Shown in pieces: positions 62,719 to 64,000 of a stretch of 64,000 nt of DNA (the first letter of the stretch is position 1; each line of letters begins with the position of its first letter). The notes below the pieces were generated by a model that saw only the letters and a program-made list of their open reading frames with translations, ran no database searches and was not told where the DNA came from. This DNA comes from Reyranella sp. (GTDB lineage: Bacteria; Pseudomonadota; Alphaproteobacteria; Reyranellales; Reyranellaceae): the NCBI GenBank assembly GCA_019745575.1, contig JAIETA010000198.1, positions 9,031-73,030 of the forward strand. Reading direction: 5' to 3'. A program made the translations under genes and the position numbers.

Positions 62719-64000
62719 TCATCGCGATCTGGGGACGGCGTTAGGCTTCTGCCAGTCGGGCGACTGCCGGATCCGATAGAAACGTCCGGCACCGGGATCC
62801 GTGAAGACAAGGTCGGCCAGGAAGCTGTCGTGGATCACCTTGTGGAACTCCTTGGCTTTGTCGGCGCTCAGCACGGTGGCCATGGACGCAGCAAACTGAT
62901 CTGCCGTCGCGGCCCAGGTGTCGCTGGCGATAACGACGTAGCCCAAGTTCAAGGCACGATCGATCTCGTCACGTAAGGCCTCTCCCAAATCTGTACCCGA
63001 AGCGTTTGGCTTGTGCACGGGCCCGCTGACGAAGGCCAAGTACTTGAACTTGGGGTTGGCAGACGGGGCGGGGCCGAGCTTCGGGAAATAGTCCCAGTCG
63101 CCATCCCAGGCATAGAACATCTCAGAGACAAGTTGCTCGAAGCCGTGCAATAGAAAAACGTGGTTGGCCGGCGGCGCTGCTTTCTCGATGCGCTCCAGAG
63201 CCAGCCGCCACGCCGAGCCAGCGCCACGCTGAGGCGCCATCCGCCATATGTTGTAGCCAAACAAGGCAACCGACAGTGCGACGGCGATGCTGATTGCTGG
63301 CACAGGCCGCCATCGGACGGCCGCGGCGACGATGATGGCCCAGCCCATGGTCAACCAGACCATCACGTTGACCTGCATCTGAGGATCTTGTGGCTGGGAG
63401 TAGAGGTTCATTACCTCCCCAGCGGCAAATGTTCCGCCGAAGACGGTCGCGAGAACACGCGCGCTAGGCAGTGCGCGATCCCGCCACAGCAAGGCAAGGC
63501 TGGCGGCGGCGATCGTGGCGATGCAGAACGTTGAGAACCAAAGTTCTGGCAACATAGATGGCGGAGGATCGCCACCGACATTGGAGCCGCCGACGAGATA
63601 CTCCGATACGCCGACCCAGAGGTAGGTGAACTTGCGTGCAGCGAAGCCGGCCCAGCCCGACGCGACGCCCTTGCCGGTCCACAGTAGGTCCTGCACTGCC
63701 CCCGCGTTGCCGTTCTGTGGCCCCCACAGCAGCATCGTGATTTCCGCCAGACCGACCATCACTGCCAAGAACAGGGCAATCCGGCCCAGTCGATCGACCG
63801 GACGGCCCGGCGTGACGGCCAGAGCCAGGATAAGCGCAGGAAGGGTGGGGAACATGAGCCGCCACTCCAGCATCCATGCGAGCGTGAACAACGTTGCGAC
63901 GATGGACACACGCCGCCAAGAAGGCTCGACGAACCAGACACTGGCCAGCGCCATCGACGCCAGCAGTACCGCATACGACGGCATGATGTCTTCGTTGCTG
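62719..64000 (-). CDS. Polytopic membrane protein with soluble C-terminal domain (GT-C-like?), 5'-partial at window edge
   Basis: The reading frame stays open to position 64000 (…SNEDIMPSYAV…). It has multiple hydrophobic segments and then a soluble tail of about 170 aa. Confidence 0.5.
   Translation of the reverse strand, partial: SNEDIMPSYAVLLASMALASVWFVEPSWRRVSIVATLFTLAWMLEWRLMFPTLPALILALAVTPGRPVDRLGRIALFLAVMVGLAEITMLLWGPQNGNAGAVQDLLWTGKGVASGWAGFAARKFTYLWVGVSEYLVGGSNVGGDPPPSMLPELWFSTFCIATIAAASLALLWRDRALPSARVLATVFGGTFAAGEVMNLYSQPQDPQMQVNVMVWLTMGWAIIVAAAVRWRPVPAISIAVALSVALFGYNIWRMAPQRGAGSAWRLALERIEKAAPPANHVFLLHGFEQLVSEMFYAWDGDWDYFPKLGPAPSANPKFKYLAFVSGPVHKPNASGTDLGEALRDEIDRALNLGYVVIASDTWAATADQFAASMATVLSADKAKEFHKVIHDSFLADLVFTDPGAGRFYRIRQSPDWQKPNAVPRSR

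Noticed and set aside
1-64000. CRISPR arrays, tRNA/rRNA genes, IS transposases, integrases, toxin-antitoxin pairs and known phage-defence genes.
   Set aside because: Reading the ORF track and the intergenic regions, I found no regularly spaced repeats, no cloverleaf-like tRNA sequences, no rRNA-like stretches and no DDE/tyrosine-recombinase or defence-system signatures. A computational scan (tRNAscan, Infernal, ISfinder, DefenseFinder) would be needed to exclude them formally.

Overview
This is a high-GC (by eye about 65-68%) alphaproteobacterial chromosomal segment. The lineage call rests on mipZ, a ROSE-like small-hsp leader, the surA-pdxA-rsmA operon and a cysG-DUF2849-cysI-DUF934 cluster. 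Positions 1-40 kb are tightly packed housekeeping and metabolic genes: rRNA methyltransferases, dehydrogenases, a CoxL-like/extradiol dioxygenase/FAH catabolic trio, hsp20, siroheme and sulfite reduction, an orphan ABC binding protein, an ada-ogt repair operon, two paralogous cytoplasmic molybdopterin oxidoreductases, rpmE, cyaY coupled to an ABCB half-transporter, an acyl-CoA synthetase, mipZ, yicC-gmk and plsC. Positions 40-64 kb are visibly lower in GC and form a glycan biosynthesis and tailoring island. It encodes Gmd, a DegT-type aminotransferase, a TylM1-like N-methyltransferase, an RmlC-like epimerase and a DAO-type flavoenzyme. It also encodes two divergent GT-A-like paralogs and seven further SAM methyltransferases (two FkbM-type, one frameshifted). 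The rest of the island is a NodU/CmcH carbamoyltransferase, a Dpm1/Ppm1-like polyprenyl-phosphate glycosyltransferase, a 4-TM SMR/ArnE-like protein and at least two large polytopic GT-C-like proteins. I recognised no Wzx/Wzy/Wzz, Wzm/Wzt or initiating phosphoglycosyltransferase in the window, so the island is the best candidate for an undescribed system. I also recognised no rRNA, tRNA, CRISPR, transposase, integrase or phage genes. Many long ORFs in the six-frame track are antisense or out-of-frame shadows typical of high-GC DNA and were not called. All family assignments come from motif and family recall without database searches. Start codons are often ambiguous by tens of nucleotides.
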